A stretch of DNA of 64,000 nucleotides from Lama glama (taxonomy: Eukaryota): contig CM052816.1 in NCBI GenBank assembly GCA_028534125.1, positions 79,486,001-79,550,000 on the forward strand, in the 5' to 3' direction. Position 1 is the stretch's first letter, and each line of letters opens with the position of its first letter. A model generated the notes under the pieces. That model did no database searches. It had not been told where the DNA came from and saw only the letters and a list, made by a program, of their open reading frames with translations. Below, piece after piece: positions 59,256 to 64,000 of this stretch. The position numbers and the translations under genes were made by a program.

Positions 59256-61729
59256 GTACCATTTTAGAAACTAATTGTATTATTTGCAATAGTTCTACAA
59301 CGATTCAAAAGGGAAAGTTTTTGTACAAGTCCTCCCTGCAAACTTCCAGATCCCAGTCCTATATGTGCTAGGTTTCAATATGGCATTAATGTCCTAAAAA
59401 TCATTCTGACAATTACTTCCATTTTGAAAATTTAAGGTCCTTTTGAAAAACATCAATCCTGTGCTTCATGACAACCTGCCTCTTTACATGTTGAACAGCA
59501 GATATAAATTTTAGCAGTAACTAAAATGATTTCCAATTTTTAGGAGACAAGACAGATAACCAAGATCTCAGATTTGCCAAAATACGTATGCTTTGCTCTA
59601 GGGGAAGCCTTTTTTTTTTTAAAATATACTATTATTGGTTTGCTCTGTGAGTCACTGTGTTTCCACATCTTATGTTTCATGACCCTTCAAAAAAAGTAGA
59701 AAGAGAACATGGAGCAGCAGTGCATTTTCTAAAGCTAAAAACAAACAGCAAACAAATGGGCCCACGAACCTATTAATCATAATAGGGATGGAAGAAGAAT
59801 AATATTTCAATGCAATTGAAAAACCAGCACATAATACTAAGAAAAATGAAATTCTGGATTTTTTATAGTAAATAAAAAGGAAACTGTCCAACATCTAAGA
59901 ATTAAAAGTTATAGAGTACAAGTCATCCAAAAACTTCCCTAATTAGCTCTTGATGTATGTCTTAGGAAGTCAATAAAATGTGCTCCAGGGAAACACTCAG
60001 CCAATTCAAACAATAAATAAGTACACGCGCCCACACATTAGATGAGTGACAGCTTTATTTGTTGTGAATCCCCAAGAAGTTGATGTTTTAAGAATGTATT
60101 TCTCCTTTATATAGACTTCTTCAGAAAGACAGTTAGTGATAGAAGGACCCTGAGGTTAGCACGAGAGTATCAGTAATTGAAATCTTCTGCTATAAAAACT
60201 ATCTCTTAGGACAATTCGATACTGTGGGCTCCTCAATTTTGCAGCTACAGTTATGGTAATTTAATGATGTTTGCTTAAAAAATTAGATAAAAGCACATTT
60301 GAACTCAACAGGAAATGTGACAAAATAACCAGCAATTATTTTCCCCAAAATGCAGTAACTGAAAACATGAAAGCTTAAGTTTTTGCAGCAAGTGAAAAAA
60401 ATTTCTTTCTTTGTTGAGGACACACAAGCATTTCATTCTCAATTTTGTATTGTATATTTTGGCAAATATAACTTTTGCTCTATGATTTTTTAGCCTACTT
60501 TTAAATCTAGATTTATGTAATATTTCTCAGTGCCATCAGATAATTGTTAAATGCTATGAATTCACAGAATGTAGGGGAGTTTCAATCTTTTACTGGATAA
60601 TAAAACAGTGAAGCATTTTAGAAAATTCATGCTGAATATAAATAGAATCGAGTAAATCTAATAATCCTTACTTAGTTCTCGCCATGCTGCTTGATTTAAT
60701 CCAAAATTTTTCTGTAGACACACTGAAAAAATAGAAGGTAATGTGAGTCAGAGAATGACCTATCAGAAATTAGACTATCTGGCCTTTAGGGGGCAGCAGA
60801 GGGGGCTTGTTTGTCAACAATAAGGCCAATTAAGAAGTTTAAAGCCATCTTTCTTCTCTATGAAATCATGTAGTTGATTCAAATGGAATCACCAGATATT
60901 TACTGATGCTCCTGTGATCCCTAAGAAAAAACACTCCCCCTTCTTTGCCACCCTCATCAGCATACAGTACCTTGAAGTTGTACTTCTGTTCAAGACTCTA
61001 CAGCTGGGCTATAGAAATTTGCAGTTATAAAGAATTATACATACATAAATAAAGGACAAATTCCAGAAAGCATTCCCTTTGATATTTAGTGATTGCAAAG
61101 TAAACACTTTTTTAGAGAAATGTAAACCTTCTTTCATTCTTTCATGTCTGGCTAACGTAAATGAGTACTCATTAAATTTGAAGTGAATTTAAAAAAAAAA
61201 GAATTGAAATGTGTCAAGGCATGTACTCAGTCTCAGCTGAACTCCTTTCTCTCTTCTTTTTCTCCAATTCTTCTACCACTGGCAGATTATTGAAAAAATA
61301 AATAAAAGCAGCAATTGTCTGAGATGAATCACAAAATTGTGAGACTGAATTGGCTCGTTTCACATCAATGTGGTATGGAGAAAGCACGTATCAAGGTCAG
61401 TCAGGGAATTTTTCCATCAAACATACCTCCCCCCAGCTCTATTTGAGTTCATGCCTGTTTCTCCATCTCTTCATGTGAACTGTAAAACTTCCAAGTGATC
61501 AATTTCTACTCCTCTGATAGTGAAGGTTACAAATTCAGTGGAAGTCCAGGCAGTAAGTATTTTAGGTAGGGGGAGTAGAAAGCTTGAGTGAGTACTCTGA
61601 GGCTATAGAGATGATCAAAGAAAAAGATAACCTCAGCTTTAATAACGTTGTAAATGTAACGAAACAGCTAAAATTTATCAAAGTTCGATATGCAGCAGGT
61701 AGCTGAAGTAAGCGCTATTTATGTGCCAG

Positions 61730-62070
61730 TTCATTCACTGATGTATTCTCGATTTATTCATTCCATAGATATGTATGAAGTGCCTACTATGTGTTGTATA
61801 TACAGTAATATCCCAAACAGGTTTGTACCTTGGCTTCATAGAGCTTACATGGTAGATGGGGGAGATGTTAATTCAACCAAGGAAAAAATGGAGCTAAAAA
61901 TTCTGATTTGTGTTTGGAAAAAAAAAAACTGAATCCTTGTGAAAGAACACAAGAGATTGGCAGTGTACGTGAGTCCCTATTGATATGAGAGAATCAGGAG
62001 AAAATATTTCTCAGAGAAAAGGACATTTAAGTCAAAGCCTCAAGGATAAACAAGACTTAGCCACATGTAG
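61730..62070 (-). mobile_element. L2 3' fragment
   Basis: Shows TTTATTCATTCC..GTGCCTACTATGTG..CTTCATAGAGCTTACAT..GACATTTAAG. Confidence 0.7.
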
Positions 62071-62074
62071 CAGC

Positions 62075-62485
62075 TGCATCAGTGCCCCAATCCTGTCCCT
62101 TCACACTTAATTCCAGTGCCAGTGGCTTGACCTCCAACTGCCAGCATCTGCATCTCTTTCTCTGAGGGTTTTCTCAGGCGGCCAGAGTCCACTGTGTCCC
62201 AGTGCAGCAGGCAAAAGTGCTGGGGAATTAACATCTCTCCACCCACAGAGTAAGACTCAAGTAAATGTGATGGGAGCTGACATATGAATTCACCAGCTTT
62301 CTGGCCCCCGGGTGGGAAAATTCTGACACACACATTCTAGCCTGTTTTCCAGCATCCCCTGGTGGGAGTGAGCTGCATCTGTCCACAGCAGTGACCGGCT
62401 CACCCATGTACCCTTATTGCCTTGTCCTTCTTTACCTCAGTCTCTTCATCCCCTACCTGTGTTTCCTGGGACAACCTCCCAAAGA
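62075..62485 (+). mobile_element. LTR16-family ERVL LTR, 3' end missing
   Basis: Shows CTCCAACTGCCAGCATCTGCATCTCTTTCTCTGAGGG, AAGTGCTGGGGAATTAAC and TTCCTGGGACAACCTCCCAAA. Confidence 0.8.
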
Positions 62486-62584
62486 TTTCCAGAATTTCTA
62501 TTTAATCTTTTACAAAACCTTTTCTTGCCCATATCTTCTTCTTGTCTCTTCTAGTCCTTCTTTCATCTTAAAAACATTTAAATT

Positions 62585-63828
62585 TTTCTTTTTTTGTATA
62601 TACATATATGATATTGAAGTATAGTCAGTTTAAAATGTTGTGTCAATTTCTGGTGTACAGCATAATGTTTCAGTCATACATGAACATACATGTATTCATT
62701 TTCATATTCTTTTTCACCATAAGTTACTAAAAGATACTGAATATAGTTCCCTGTGTTATCCAATATGAACTTGTTGTTTATCTATTATATATGTATGTTA
62801 ATTAGTATCTGCAAATCTCCAACTCCCAGTTTATCCCTTCCCACCCCCTTCCCTTCCTGGTAACAATAAGTTTATTTTCTATGTCTGTGAGTGATATCAT
62901 ATGGTATTTTTCTTTCTCTTTCTGGCTTACTTCACTTAGAATGACAATCACCAGATCCATCCATGTTGCTGCAGATTTCATTATTTTATTCTTTTTATGG
63001 CTGAGTAATATCCCATTGTATAAATATATCTCAGCTTCTTTACCCAGTCATTTGTTGATGGACATTTAGGTTGTTTCCATGTCTTGGCTGTTGTTTGTGC
63101 TGTTGTGAACATTGGGGTGCATGTATCTTTTTGATTTAGAGTTTCCTCCAGATATATGCCCAGGAGTGGGATTGCTGGGTCATATAGTAAATCTGTTTTA
63201 GTCTTTTGAGGAATCTCCATACTGTTTTCTGAAAAGGCTGCATCAAACCACATTCCCACCAACAGTGATGAAGGTTCCCTTTTCTCTACACTCTCTCCAA
63301 CATTTATCATTTGTGGACTTTTTAACGATGGCCATTTGGACTGGTGTGAGGTGATGACTCATTGTAATTTTGATTGCATTTCTCTGATAATTACTGATAT
63401 TGAGCCTTTTTTCATGTGCCTATTGGCCATTTGTGTGTCTTCATTGGAGAATTGCTTGTTTAGGTCTTTTGCCCACTTTGGATTGGGTTGTTTGTTTGTT
63501 TTTTTTTATTATTAAGTTCTATGAGCTGTTTATATATTCTGGAAATTAAACCCCTGTCAATCTCATCTTTTGCAGGTATTTTCTCCCATTCTATAAGTTG
63601 TCTTTTTGTTTTGCTTATGGTTTCCTTTGCTGTGTAAAAACTTATAAGTTGAATTAAGTCCCATTTGTTTATTTTTGCTTTAATTTCTATTGCCTGGGGA
63701 GACTGCCCTAGGAGAACATTGCTAAGATTTATGTCACAGAATGTTTTGCCTATGTTTTCTTTTCAGAGGTTTATAGTGTCTTATCCTATGTTTAAGTCTT
63801 TAAGCCATTTTGAGTATATTTTTGTATG
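62585..63828 (-). mobile_element. Young 5'-truncated L1 (~1.25 kb)
   Basis: Colinear with 22480-23750. ORF 62981..63310 reads [34 protein letters not shown]. Confidence 0.93.
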
Positions 63829-64000
63829 CTTATTTGAAGTCTCTTTTAGAATGCTTAAACGTTTTAGTTCTTCGGGTGCAAACGCTCCCATTTTTCCATC
63901 TGCTGTTTATTCTTCAGAGGGATTTGTTCCCTTGAACCGTCTGTTATGTCCATGACACAGACCCCAAGGGAGCCTGCGTTTGGTAGGCAGTTTGTGTGCC

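Noticed and set aside
1..64000. A novel multi-gene system, CRISPR array or prokaryote-style operon
   Set aside because: The window is repeat-rich mammalian non-coding DNA. I saw no regularly spaced repeat-spacer array and no long intact ORF. All recognisable peptides derive from decayed transposable elements.

Overview
This is AT-rich, CpG-depleted mammalian genomic DNA, intronic or intergenic, and dominated by interspersed repeats. Two tRNA-Ala-derived SINEs resembling the camelid Vic-1 family and several lightly diverged, closely related L1 3' ends suggest a camelid genome (inference from remembered consensus sequences, not a database search). I found no intact protein-coding gene. The only ORFs with recognisable homology are broken pieces of L1 ORF2 (22.9-25.4 kb, 45.1 kb, 63.0 kb), L2 ORF2 (3.3-3.7 kb) and a Charlie-type hAT transposase fossil (11.4-12.6 kb). 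The rest is Tigger1, MER82, MER63, MER5, MER20, MaLR/ERVL/ERV1 solo LTRs, MIR, L2, L3, L4 and microsatellites. I do not see a novel multi-gene system, CRISPR array or true RNA gene. The most interesting structures are: a near-perfect ~88-bp inverted duplication of an MLT1 LTR end plus flank (20.9-21.6 kb); a young L1 inserted into the tail/TSD of an older L1; L1 fragments truncated at both ends but with TSDs; an inverted MER20 pair; motif clusters that may be enhancers; and a speculative chain of minus-strand exon-like segments. Repeat subfamily names and most boundaries are by-eye estimates.
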